From assembly GCA_051530055.1 (NCBI GenBank), contig CM121341.1, positions 1,550,001 to 1,614,000 on the forward strand: DNA of 64,000 nt, written 5' to 3'. Shown piece by piece: positions 36,290-47,684 of this stretch. Each line of letters starts with the position of its first letter. The first letter of the stretch is position 1. This DNA comes from Neoechinorhynchus agilis (Eukaryota; Animalia; Acanthocephala). The notes under the pieces were generated by a model. The model saw only the letters and a list, made by a program, of their open reading frames with translations, ran no database searches and was not told the DNA's origin. Position numbers and translations under genes: made by a program.

Positions 36290-39200
36290 TGAAACTCTTA
36301 AGAATAGTTTCAAAATCTCAATATTAATTTTTTTGATCGTTTGCATTCCACATTTAAAGCAACTTTAGAGTCCAGTTTAATGTTCTTTTTAATTTATCAA
36401 CAAAGACTTTGTACATCATCTTCCAACGTCTTAGAGCACCGTTCAAACTTTAACTCTTAAAAATAGTTTCAAAATCTTAATATTAATTTTTTTGATCGTT
36501 TGCATTCTACATTTAAAGCAACTTTAGAGTCCAGTTTAATGTTATTTTTAATTTATCAACAAAGACTTTGTACATCATCTTCCAACGTCTTAGAGCACCG
36601 TTCAAACTTTAACTCTTAAAAATAGTTTCAAAATCTCAATATTAATTTTTTTATTATCTGCTTTCTACATTTAAAGCAACTTTAGAGTCCAGTTTAATGT
36701 TCTTTTAAGTTTATCCCCAACGACTTTGTACATCATCTGCCAATGTCTTAGAACACTGCTCAAACTTTAACTCTAAAATAGTCTCAAAATTTCAATATTT
36801 ATTTTTTTAATTATCTGCTTTCTACATTTAAAGCAACTAGAGTCCAGTTTAATGTTCTTTTTAATTTATCCCCAACGACTTTGTACATCATTTACCAATG
36901 TCTTAGAACACTGCTCAAACTTTAACTCTTAAGAATAGTCTCAAAATCTCAATATTAATTTTTTTGATCGTTTGCATTCTACATTTAAAGCAACTTTAGA
37001 GTCCAGTTAAATGTTCTTTTTAATTTATCCCCAAGGACTTTGTACATCATTTGCCAATGTCTTAGAACACTGCTCAAACTTTAACTCTTAAAAATAGTCT
37101 CAAAATCTCAATATTTATTTCTTTTAATTATCTGCTTTCTACATTTAAAGCAACTTTAGAGTCCAGTTAAATGTTTTTTTTAATTTATCTCCAACGACTT
37201 TGTACATCATTTACCAATGTCTTAGAACACTGCTCAAACTTTAACTCTTAAGAATAGTTTCAAAATCTCAATATTAATTTTTTTGATTGTTTGCATTCTA
37301 CATTTAAAGCAACTTTAGAGTCCAGTTTAATGTTCTTTTTAATTTATCCCCAACGACTTTGTACATCATTTACCAATGTCTTAGAACACTGCTCAAACTT
37401 TAACTCTTAAGAATAGTTTCAAAATCTCAATATTAATTTTTTTGATCGTTTGCATTCTACATTTAAAGCAACTTTAGAGTCCAGTTTAATGTTCTTTTTA
37501 ATTTATCAACAAAGACTTTGTACATCATCTTCCAACGTCTTAGAGCACCGTTCAAACTTTAACTCTTAAAAATAGTTTCAAAATCTCAATATTAATTTTT
37601 TTATTATCTGCTTTCTACATTTAAAGCAACTTTAGAGTCCAGTTTAATGTTTTTTTAAGTTTACCCCCAACGACTTTGTACATCATCTGCCAATGTCTTA
37701 GAACACTGCTCAAACTTTAACTCTTAAGAATAGTTTCAAAATCTTAATATTAATTTTTTTGATCGTTTGCATTCTACATTTAAAGCAACTTTAGAGTCCA
37801 GTTTAATGTTCTTTTTAATTTATCAACAACGACTTTGTACATCATCTTCCAATGTCTTAGAGCACTGCTCAAACTTTAACTCTTAAAAATAGTTTCAAAA
37901 TCTCAATATTAATTTTTTTATTATCTGCTTTCTACATTTAAAGCAACTTTAGAGTCCAGTTTAATGTTCTTTTAAGTTTATCCCCAACGACTTTGTACAT
38001 CATCTGCCAATGTCTTAGAGCACCGTTCAAACTTTAACTCTTAAGAATAGTTTCAAAATCTTAATATTAATTTTTTTGATCGTTTGCATTCTACATTTAA
38101 AGCAACTTTAGAGTCCAGTTTAATGTTCTTTTTAATTTATCTCCAACGACTTTGTACATCATCTTCCAATGTCTTAGAGCACTGCTCAAACTTTAACTCT
38201 TAAGAATAGTCTCAAAATCTCAATATTAATTTTTTAATTATTTGCATTCTACATTTAAAGCAACTTTAGAATCCAGTTAAATGTTCTTTTTAATTTATCC
38301 CCAACGACTTTGTACATCATTTACCAATGTCTTAGAACACTGCTCAAACTTTAACTCTTAAGAATAGTTTCAAAATCTCAATATTAATTTTTTAATTATT
38401 TGCATTCTACATTTAAAGCAACTTTAGAGTCCAGTTTAATGTTCTTTTTAATTTATCCCCAACGACTTTGTACATCATTTACCAATGTCTTAGAACACTG
38501 CTCAAACTTTAACTCTTAAAAATAGTTTCAAAATCTCAATATTAATTTTTTTAATTATCTGCTTTCTACATTTAAAGCAACTTTAGAGTCCAGTTTAATG
38601 TTCTTTTTAATTTATCCCCAACGACTTTGTACATCATCTGCCAATGTCTTAGAACACTGCTCAAACTTTAACTCTTAAGAATAGTTTCAAAATCTTAATA
38701 TTAATTTTTTTGATCGTTTGCATTCTACATTTAAAGCAACTTTAGAGTCCAGTTTAATGTTCTTTTTAATTTATCAACAAAGACTTTGTACATCATCTTC
38801 CAACGTCTTAGAGCACCGTTCAAACTTTAACTCTTAAAAATAGTTTCAAAATCTCAATATTAATTTTTTTATTATCTGCTTTCTACATTTAAAGCAACTT
38901 TAGAGTCCAGTTTAATGTTCTTTTAAGTTTACCCCCAACGACTTTGTACATCATCTGCCAATGTCTTAGAATACTGCTCAAACTTTAACTCTTAAAAATA
39001 GTCTCAAAATCTCAATATTTATTTCGTTTAATTATCTGCTTTCTACATTTAAAGCAACTTTAGAGTCCAGTTTAATGTTCTTTTTAATTTATCCCCAACG
39101 ACTTTGTACATCATCTTCCAATGTCTTAGAGCACTGCTCAAACTTTAACTCTTAAGAATAGTCTCAAAATCTCAATATTAATTTTTTAATTATTTGCATT

Positions 39201-39375
39201 CTACATTTAAAGCAACTTTAAGTCCAGTTAATGTTCTTTTTAATTTATCCCCAACGACTTTGTACATCATTGCCAATGTCTTAGAACACTGCTCAAACTT
39301 TAACTCTTAAGAATAGTTCAAAATCTCAATATTAATTTTTTTATCTTTGCTTTCTACATTTAAAGCAACTTTTTT
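36290..39375. repeat. Tandem satellite, ~158-bp unit, ~19 copies, two alternating subtypes
   Basis: ctcttaa(g/a)aatag recurs at 36295, 36454, 36613, 36771... Subtypes gatcgtttgcattc and attatctgctttc alternate. Confidence 0.96.
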
Positions 39376-39499
39376 TAATCCTTGAATGATGATGTTTTGT
39401 GGATAGGCATCACCTTGTGAATCCGTCCTTTTCACAGTCGTGATATTGCGACGTGCTTTTGCCCTATGTGAATTTGTTAGACTCTTAATACTGGAAACA

Positions 39500-40234
39500 A
39501 TGCCACCAATCAAGCATTTCTTATACGGATGGCTAGTTAAGAACCGCAATGTGAGTCCAATATACGAAGTGGTAGAATCTGGCACAAGAACCCGGCGACT
39601 ATTTGATTGTTCACTTCGAGTACCGACATTCGACTACGTTGCCACTGGGCGTTCTTCAAGTAAGAAAAATTCGATGGAAAGTGCATCTCGTGATTTTTGT
39701 GAGTATCTCATTCGTGAGAACGCGATGGATTCAAAACTATTTTCAAGTATCGACAATATGTTCGATGAATCATCGGCCAGTGTTATTAAGACAGTGAATG
39801 GTAAAAGTAGTAACGAATTGATAAAACCGGAATCACAAGATGGAATTTGGACATTGAGTAATGCAAAATGTCGTCTTAGCAAATATTTGCAATCACGAAC
39901 TACAGAACCTCAAAGTGATTATCATTTCACAGAAACGGTCGTTAATAATCAACCGATATTCACTTCAGAAATGACCGTTTTCGTTCACGAGATTGGGCAA
40001 GAGATCAGGGCAAAAAAGACAGGTCCTAGCAAAAAAGAAGCTTCTAAAGCAGTCGCTTTATCATTACTTCGACAACTTTACTTTCTTGGAGTGATTTCAG
40101 GCTCAGAAGATAAAATGAAAACAAAATCAAAGCCGGTCAGTTCCGACGCAAAGACTTTTTTAAACACTTGTTGTTGTCCGTGTCACAAAACGCAAGAAGC
40201 AAAAGAAACGCGTAAAAGGAGATTTACAGCTTGA
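39500..40234 (+). CDS. Protein made of the two N-terminal dsRBDs of DHX9/RNA helicase A/MLE, without the helicase
   Basis: IKHFLYGW..K...P.YEV...F.C.L.V..FDYVATG.S.SKK.....ASRDFCEYL (dsRBD1) and WTLSNAKCRL..Y...EMTVFV...KKEASKAVALSLLRQLYFLGV (dsRBD2); stop at 40234. Confidence 0.85.
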   Translation: MPPIKHFLYGWLVKNRNVSPIYEVVESGTRTRRLFDCSLRVPTFDYVATGRSSSKKNSMESASRDFCEYLIRENAMDSKLFSSIDNMFDESSASVIKTVNGKSSNELIKPESQDGIWTLSNAKCRLSKYLQSRTTEPQSDYHFTETVVNNQPIFTSEMTVFVHEIGQEIRAKKTGPSKKEASKAVALSLLRQLYFLGVISGSEDKMKTKSKPVSSDAKTFLNTCCCPCHKTQEAKETRKRRFTA

Positions 40235-40476
40235 ACGTTAACATTTGAACTTATAAACACGATTTTAAGCTCGAAGTATGAACATTGTTTGTGGGGCGTA
40301 AAAACTAAAAGAACTCAAAAAAAGCACTATTTTTCGCATTCTTTATCAAGGTTTCTTGTAGGTTTTCTACGATTTTAGCTCACAATAAGCATACAAGATT
40401 GTACTTCGGCGAAATCAATCGGATTCTCAAAAATGATCTTAATTTTCAATCGCCATAAAACAACCACTTTATGCAC

Positions 40477-40601
40477 AAACGAATCAACGCGGCGACGGAG
40501 AGCCAAGATCGACTTCGTTCTTGGCGCAAAAAATAAGCATTGCGGTGCAGCGGGGCAATGCGGCTAGCATTTTGGCCAGCGCCGATGAGTGGGAGCGTTG
40601 A
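40477..40601 (+). mobile_element. 3' tail fragment of a CRE-like retrotransposon, family D
   Basis: Translates KRINAAT/EPRSTSFLAQKISIAVQRGNAASILASADEWER*. Confidence 0.75.
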
Positions 40602-40651
40602 AGAAACTATAAATTTGTGAAATATTTATCGGAATAAAAAAACTGATATAT

Positions 40652-40791
40652 TTTATTTCAATCAATCTTCATTTCTCGACAATTAACACACTCGCCACCT
40701 CCCGCCAAATTCTAGCTTTTGTCCTTCCTCGACCGTCGCCATCACGCTGGCAGCATTGCCCCGTTGTACTGTCAGCGAGATATTTTGTCGA
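40652..40791 (-). mobile_element. 3' tail fragment of CRE-like family B (copy 3)
   Basis: Near-identical to 34787-34920 in reverse orientation. Confidence 0.9.
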
Positions 40792-41975
40792 CTCTTTTTT
40801 AATCGTAAAAAAATTCAAACATTTCGAAATTGGTTTCATTTTTCTTAAAGGTTTCAAATCGGCGCTCGTCCATTGACGTATACGCAATTCTTCTGCAATC
40901 AATTGACGCAATCAATGACCACGCATACCAAAATTGCGTCTACCGGCGGCTACTAATCCATAGAGTTTCTTCTCTTTCGGTTATGAAAGGTAAACGATTC
41001 CTCGAAATAACTTTGTTTAGTTAAGATTTGGCGATTTAATGTAGAGTATCGTCTCGGGATGTCTCGCCAAATGTCTTAATGTGTCGTTTGCATGAATAAA
41101 CCTCTGTTTTGTCTAAAGCTAAAATGATTTTCAATTTAAATACCTCGCATCTTTGAAAGAGAGAAAATTCAGAATAGGAAGGTTTTTGTTCGACTTTTGA
41201 CACGTACAAGCTCTTAAATTTAAGATTGTGATGTTTTTTCGCCTCCTAAAACAGCTCCAAATAGAAGAAGAATATTCTTGATTTTTGATCATTTTGAACC
41301 AAAATTTCGAGGCGAAAAGTCGAAAAATCAATTGGTGAAATAATGTTCTTTTTTAGATATCTTTCATATGAAATTATCGTTGTTAAGGTTACAATGTTGA
41401 ACTTTTGTAGTTTGTTTCTTATTCCAGTCTTAAGGTTCCTTATTTTCTCTTGAATTTCAATGCAGATATCATTTTAAAACGACTTTTATTTGGAGATTAA
41501 GTTTGGAAGAAATTAGTTCGTTTAAATTTATTCAAATTTTGCCAATTTAAACTCAAAATGTTTCCACTATATCATTTTCTGGTTCCATTGGATTGTAAGA
41601 TCAAGAAGTAAAACGCTTCGGACATTTTTCCCTAATTCAGTTCGTATAAAAAATTATTTGAGCAGCTACACATCATTTACCTTAAATTAAAAATTAAATC
41701 CTAGAGAACTGGACTGAGTGTACACAACTAAAAAATCGAGTACATTTTTTTAACATCAGAAACTGAGCGTTGGACATGTTAAAATTAACCAAAATTTTAA
41801 AAAATTTGCCTTCTTAAATATTATGATGTCAAGCACACGTTTTACAAAGCGCCAAGTTTTTTTTATAATATAAATTAAGTGATTTTAGCTAATTTTTGTG
41901 AACATTTTTGATCGAAATGAATTGATTTCTCAATCTATACGTCTTTTCTTATTTTCTTCATCAAAAGATTTTAAG

Positions 41976-43762
41976 ATGGAGAAGCAAGTTTCATCAAAAT
42001 CAGTCTCCTCGAAAGTTTCTACATCTGAGACCGGTTTAGAAAGTGAAAAACAAACGAAGGTTTCATCATGGCACCAAGAAAAAGAGCAACAACTTCAAGG
42101 CTTAAATGACCGTCTTGCAGCCTACATGGAAAAGGTAGAAGAACTCGAACTGGAGAATGTGGCAATTCAAGAAGCGATCGAAAATCTTAAAGCACAAGGT
42201 ACAATGACAGCATCAGAATTGAAAACGATATACGAAGATGAGAGAGCAGCACTACGTGCATCTTTAGATGAATACCACAAAGAATCGGCTGAACTTCACA
42301 AAGAAAACGAACGAATACAGGAATTGTACGAAAAAATTCAGGCTAGTGAACGCGCGAAGGGTGCACTTTTGGAAGATAAAGAACAAAAACTCGTTGAATT
42401 GGAACGTTTGATCGCTGAGCTTCGTTTGAAAGTCACTGATGTTAGTGGTAAACTCGAAGTTATGGCTCGAAAGTGGAAACAGAACGAAAAGCGTATTTTC
42501 GACCTTAAAACGGACATTAGCGATGTTAGGAAAAGGTTAAAAGCAGAGACGATGGCTAGGGTTGATTTGAGTAATCAAAACGCTTCTATAAAAGAAGAAT
42601 ACGAATTGTCGATGAATATGTCGGACCGAGACAGCTCGTTGAGCACTTCTAAAAGTCTCATAGACGTTGAATCCATACGGTGAAAAGGTGCGAGGATCTT
42701 GAGAGTAAAGGCGTTAGGGATTTTTTTGTCTAAACTATTAAACCTCGGTTTCTCGCGTCTTCTCTCATAGAGCAAATGGTAAAAGAGCGTTGTAACGTGG
42801 GTTTCCGCCAACAGCTGAGTCAACTGCGATGCGAAAATGAAGAGAAACGGCAGGCTTTAAAACAAGACAACGAACAAAAGATTGATAAGAAGATAAGCAA
42901 GGAACGTGAGCGGTATGAACGTATAATTTCTGCAACTAGCAGTCTTCAATCAAAATATGATATCACAAAGATTCAATTGGATCAAGCCAATACGGAATGC
43001 GACGCATTGATAGCAAGAGTTACTAAACTTTCTTCAACGGTTCTTGATTTAGAACGTCAAATAGACCATCTTCAGGAAGCTAACACATTTAAAGCTACCG
43101 AACAACAAAAGGAAATAGACCGCCTCAATGACGTTTTGTCTGAACTTCAGCTAAAATACGACGATCTCGTTCAAATTAACTTAACTCTTGATCAAGAGAT
43201 TTGCACTTTTAGGAAATTGGTGGAAAGCGGAGAGCAAAGACTTCAAGTTCAACGTAAACGACGAAAGTTCGATGCGGAAACTGAAGAGGCAGAAGGGAAG
43301 CATACTCGATTTTCGGTAATGTCCTCAGTTTCGACTGAAGGTATAGTTGAAATAATAAGTGCTTCAGAAGACTTAGTAAAGCTATTAAGTAAGCAGGAGA
43401 ATCCAGTATCTGTTTCTGGTTGGTATCTAAAATGGTTTGATACTTCTGAGCCTGCTGATGAAAAAAGTGAACCATTGGCGGTCTTCAAGTTCCCTCGAAA
43501 CGCAGTGATCAACGGCGAGGCTTGTGTTTACTCCGGCAACAATGCGCCACGAGGAGCGTTTCGTTTAAAACAACCAAATTGGCCTTCTCCTCATAATCCC
43601 CATGTACTAATTCTAATGGACGCTGACGATTCAATTGTTTCAAGATTAACAACAGAGTATGTTCATGAAGACAGTGGAGAGCAAGAGGAAAGTGCGGAAC
43701 GGGAGAAATCATGCGAAAAGGAAGAAAAACAAAAGAAATCACTTTTTGCGATGTTTTTCTAA
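41976..43762 (+). CDS. Nuclear lamin (two ORF blocks, 41976-42683 and ~42773-43762; junction not cleanly spliceable)
   Basis: LQGLNDRLAAYMEKV helix-initiation motif, LDQEICTFRKLVESGEQRL helix-termination motif, RKRRK NLS and an Ig-like lamin tail domain (GWYLK, FKFP). Confidence 0.88.
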
Positions 43763-44123
43763 AAATTTGACTTGTCAAAATGAGATTATCTAATTGAAAA
43801 ATGAGAGACGTAACACGAGGGTTATGCTTTTAAAGCTTAAATTATTTTCCGGCTAACCTATTCTTTAGCATTTAAACGAGAATTTACTTCAGCTTTTCAG
43901 TCTAAAATTTAGTAGTCCTTAGTTTCCGGTCATAAATCCGAGCTATTTCTTTTATTGTTAGTTAGGCGTCTTGGAAATTATGAGTCAAACTCTACGAAAA
44001 TGAAGACATTGTTGATTGTGTTTATTCAGTTGGTTGATTTTCGACTGATTTCTCAATCGCATGTTTTCTTTTCGATTGTCATTACTTTAGCAATTTACGC
44101 AATTGAAACGAGATGTTTATTTT

Positions 44124-44162
44124 GGACTAATATTTCGGAGATTTACTTCTTCTTCAGTGTCC
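44124..44162 (-). ncRNA. Minimal hammerhead-like motif with two mismatches
   Basis: Minus strand: GGACA-CTGAAGA-A-GAAG TAAAT CTCC-GAAA-TA-T-T-AGTCC. Confidence 0.6.
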
Positions 44163-44175
44163 TCCAAAACAATCT

Positions 44176-44570
44176 AAAAAGGTGAGGAGGCTAACTCTCA
44201 CATTGGCTGCCTCCTACGACCGCCACTCCCACTTTTCACCTCTTGAGGATGAGCAACGCTTCCGTAAGGGAAAGCTCCAATAGCTCTCTCGCTTGGTACC
44301 TCACGGAAGCCGAAAGTTTTACTCCTTAAGTAAGAGAATTAGAATAAAGGCTCGATGCAATAGACACAACCAAGCGTTTAAGAGTGACGAGGGACAACCC
44401 GGCCCTCCTCAACTTGTGATTCAAGGCTGACGATGCATCAACATTTGAATGGTATCGTCAGTCTTGCAAGAAAGCCATAGTCATGCATCGAGATTCTCAC
44501 AATTCTTTGATTAATGAATGAAGCGATTTACACTGTGATGCACTAGATTACAATTTTTTTGTTCATCTTC
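44176..44570 (-). ncRNA. Highly structured ~390-nt RNA candidate (7SK-like Pol III RNA or retrozyme-like element); identity unknown
   Basis: At least six nested complementary pairs (see findings). The minus strand has no internal T4 run and ends in a hairpin plus T5. A TATA-like tract lies ~30 nt upstream. Confidence 0.45.
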
Positions 44571-44609
44571 ACTGGAGGCAATAAATACCGCTACTGAGTA
44601 TATAAATAG

Positions 44610-44880
44610 AATGTTCGCTCCAAACGGCTATGTGTATCGAAAAATTGAGGGGCTTCAACGCCGAGCAGAATCGGTCTGCGAACGTTCGAGGAAGAGAAAA
44701 AGAATTGCGATTCCTTACCGATCCTCAAGATCCTGTAAGCGAGGAATTCACGAGCGATATCAAAAGGCTTATAAAAGAGACAGATCCGGAGGTTCGATTG
44801 GTCCATAGGACCGCTGAAACATTACGCAGGATCCTAACAAGGATGGCACACCCAAACTTGTCGACACCATGGGCCAAACA
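44610..44880 (+). mobile_element. Penelope-like element ORF fragment (post-RT linker region)
   Basis: PNGY motif then (frameshift) DIKRLIKETDPEVRLVHRTAETLRRILT, matching the PLE pattern IxRxLxxxxxxVxFxxxxTLxxIL. Confidence 0.55.
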
Positions 44881-45221
44881 CCTAGAAATTTTAGGTATTA
44901 TAATTTTTATAAAAAGTAATCAAAGTCACAAGTAAAAAACTGATAAATTTGAATTTAGACTTCAAATGCTGATATGCGCAATCGATTTATAAGTAAAAAT
45001 TATCCAACAAATATTTAATTAATTCCCCTGAAAACGTAACGTGTTTAAGCTTTTGATAATTTAGTGTATTTAATAAAATGACATCACAATCATTAAATCT
45101 TGGACGCTATTGCTCAAATAATTTTTTTAATTATTCCTAAGGAATCTTACAATACTTTAAGGTAAAGAAGTTATATATATGTATTTTTTGGTGATGAGAA
45201 AAATTGAGATTAATTTATTAA

Positions 45222-45263
45222 TTGTCAGTATTTCGTCCGTCTCGTCGGACTTCTTCAGGTCAA
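45222..45263 (-). ncRNA. Hammerhead-like motif at the end of a PLE GIY-YIG frame
   Basis: TTGAC-CTGAAGA-A-GTCCG ACGAGA CGGAC-GAAA-TA-C-T-GACAA: perfect 5-bp stem II; U16.1 and one stem I base substituted. Confidence 0.7.
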
Positions 45264-45400
45264 AAGGGTAGATTCTGTTTTCTTATTGACCTCGTTTCGA
45301 TGCTCACCAATCCTGCGTCGTAGATTGTTAGTCTGCCCAATGTAGATTTGTGGGTACTCCTTACAGGTATCTTATAGACGCACCCTTCCGAGATGGAGTT
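45255..45400 (-). mobile_element. Penelope-like GIY-YIG endonuclease fragment
   Basis: With one frameshift reads GCVYKIP(C)KEYPQIYIGQTNNLRRRIGEHRNEV...*. Confidence 0.8.
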
Positions 45401-45404
45401 GGCT

Positions 45405-46571
45405 AACAAGAACGCGGTCTTCATCCCCAAATTATTGTACAAGGTTCGCACAGCAACATTCTTCAAGCATAAGGAAGGATTGGCTAAGCTCGACGGCAAG
45501 GTGAGGGCTTGTCTCGAGCGTATTTTAAATGTGCAGCTCTCAGATGAGGCGTGGCGACAAGCTTCTTTGTCTGTGTCATCTGGGGGATTGGGGATTCGGG
45601 CACTAGTGGACCTTGCTTTGCCGGCCTTTCTTGGATCGTTTGAGGGGAGCCTTCCAGTATCGAAGAAAATTTTGAAGGAAAAGTTCTGTCTTGACCGGGA
45701 TTTCGTGGTGGCGGTTGAGGAATGGTGCCAACAGATAGGCGCTAACCATGTTCCCGTAAATGGCCTCAGACAGTCGATCTGGGACGGACCTCTTGTCGCG
45801 AGAGCTCACAGCTCTCTACTTTCAGGTTCTCGCGATGGGGTCGTCCGAGCTAGACTGTTGGCAGTTTCAACACGAGAATCTGGGGCGTGGTTGGAGGCTG
45901 TTCCTCTGGCATCAGTGGGAACTCTTCTTACTGATGAGGTAACGAGGATCGCAGTATCCTTAAGACTTGGTCTCCCGATATGCACGCCCCATCGCTGTCG
46001 ATGTGGGTCTTTGGTTGATGCTTTCGGGCGACACGGTCTCGTCTGCAGAAGGTCAGCAGGAAGGTTCTCACGCCATTCTGAAATCAATAACGCAATTTCT
46101 CGGGCGTTGAGAACGGCGAACTTCCCGAACATCCTGGAACCCGCCCATCTTTGTCGACTAGATGGCATTTCGGTCTTCCCGTGGCGGGAGGGCAAATGCC
46201 TTCTCTGGGACGCCACGTCCCTCGCAGCCAGCAACATCCGCTACTCCCTCGAAATCGCCGGTGGTGCCGCCAGTGCAGCGGAAGGGAGGAAAATACGGAA
46301 ATATCTTCACTTATCGAGGGCTCACTATTTTGTCCCCTTTGGGGTAGGGACGTATGGAGCGCTCGGCAGCTCGGCACTCTCTCTGCTCCAGGATCTCTCG
46401 ATGAAATTGAGAGAGGCAACCGGAGGATCAAGAGCAGGCGTATTCCTTCGACAAAATATCTCGCTGGCAGTACAACGAGGCAATGCTGCCAGCGTGATAG
46501 CGACGGTCGAGGAAGGACAAAAGCTGCAATTTGGCGGGAGGTGGCGAGTGCGCTTCAAACAGATTCTTTGA
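45405..46571 (+). mobile_element. 5'-truncated CRE-like retrotransposon, family B, copy 2 (open RT-thumb/zinc knuckle/RLE frame)
   Basis: 392-aa ORF with WRQASL.V..GGLGIR, ESGAWL, CRCG..GRHGLVC, RHSEIN, LLWDAT and QRGNAAS. Confidence 0.93.
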
Positions 46572-47124
46572 ATTGTTAAAAATATATTATGTTTCCCTTT
46601 TTATATTTCTAGAGGTAAGAGCTTGTAGTTTAAAAAAGAAAACTCGAAAATTTTGCACGAGTCGAAAGACGGCGAATGAGAAATCTATGCCCAGCACATA
46701 GAATATTGTTCATGATATTCAAGGAGCTTTTAGTCGTATTAGCAACTATCTATGCATTGTGATGATGAATAAGAATAAATCATTATCATAGACCTAAGAA
46801 TGAACAAATTTGTGTTTCCGAAAACCTTTCATTTCCAAAATTCTTGATGAAATCTTTATAGTAAATTGAATTTATAAATTGAACAAGTCCCATTTTCATG
46901 AGTAAGATAATTTTTCATATCCATGATATATTTTTCGACGCTGCTTGTGAACCAAACGATTTTTAATTTTTGAAGTTTAATTTTGGATTAATGCTTGAGA
47001 ATGCTGGATTTGCCCGGCCAAATATTGCAATAAATCAATATCTTTATTGTCCGGAGAGTAGGAATCACCTCAGCAACACTATAATACCTCCGGGGAACCT
47101 TTTACATCAGATTATTGTTGAATT

Positions 47125-47213
47125 CTTCACCCGATTAATGATTTTTTATTATTGATGTTTCGAACCTCGTCAGGCTCGTCTTTTTTAATAATAAAATCAT
47201 TTACCGGATGAAG
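47125..47213 (-). repeat. Palindromic copy of the hammerhead-bearing dispersed repeat (catalytic core eroded)
   Basis: cttcacccgattaatgattttttattatt / aataataaaatcatttaccggatgaag inverted arms enclose GAGCCT GACG AGGTTC GAAA CATC. Confidence 0.55.
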
Positions 47214-47684
47214 ACCTTAACAATAACACGCATTTTGCGATTTTAGTTCAACATTTATAAAATTTTCACAGACTGTATTTGATACCAATACGATATATTT
47301 GTGTAATTTCCTTCAAATTACACAAATAATTTAAAGGAAAATGACAAAAAATAATGAAGGTGCGAATTTTGATAATACTAGAAAGTACTGAATATTTTTG
47401 CGGAAATAAAAAGGTTTTCTCGGGAACATTTTTATAAGCAACACTGATTTCGGAAATAGAAATAAAGTTTAATCATTAAGTTCATCGAATGCGTAGACAG
47501 CCGTAATGATAAAATACTAATGCTTTGGACTTTTAAGTAAAGAAATTAATCGACTGACTGAATCTGCTTAACAGGACATTGACGAAAAAATAGATCACTG
47601 TTACAGCAATACCGGCAACTTATAATGGGCTTGAAATCAGATTATAAAGTAACAAATCATTCTATGACAAGTAGTACTGCGCGA

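Noticed and set aside
39307-39585. Minus-strand ORF with SYIG resembling GIY-YIG
   Set aside because: It is antisense to the well-supported DHX9-like CDS and lacks the other nuclease motifs.
40598-40632. TTGAAGA...GAAATATT hammerhead-like string
   Set aside because: Stem II has only 2 bp and there is no stem I pairing.
44176-44570. Telomerase RNA, SRP RNA or RNase P/MRP identity for the structured region
   Set aside because: I found no telomeric template, SRP helix-8 motif or P4 pseudoknot pair by eye; a covariance-model search is still needed.
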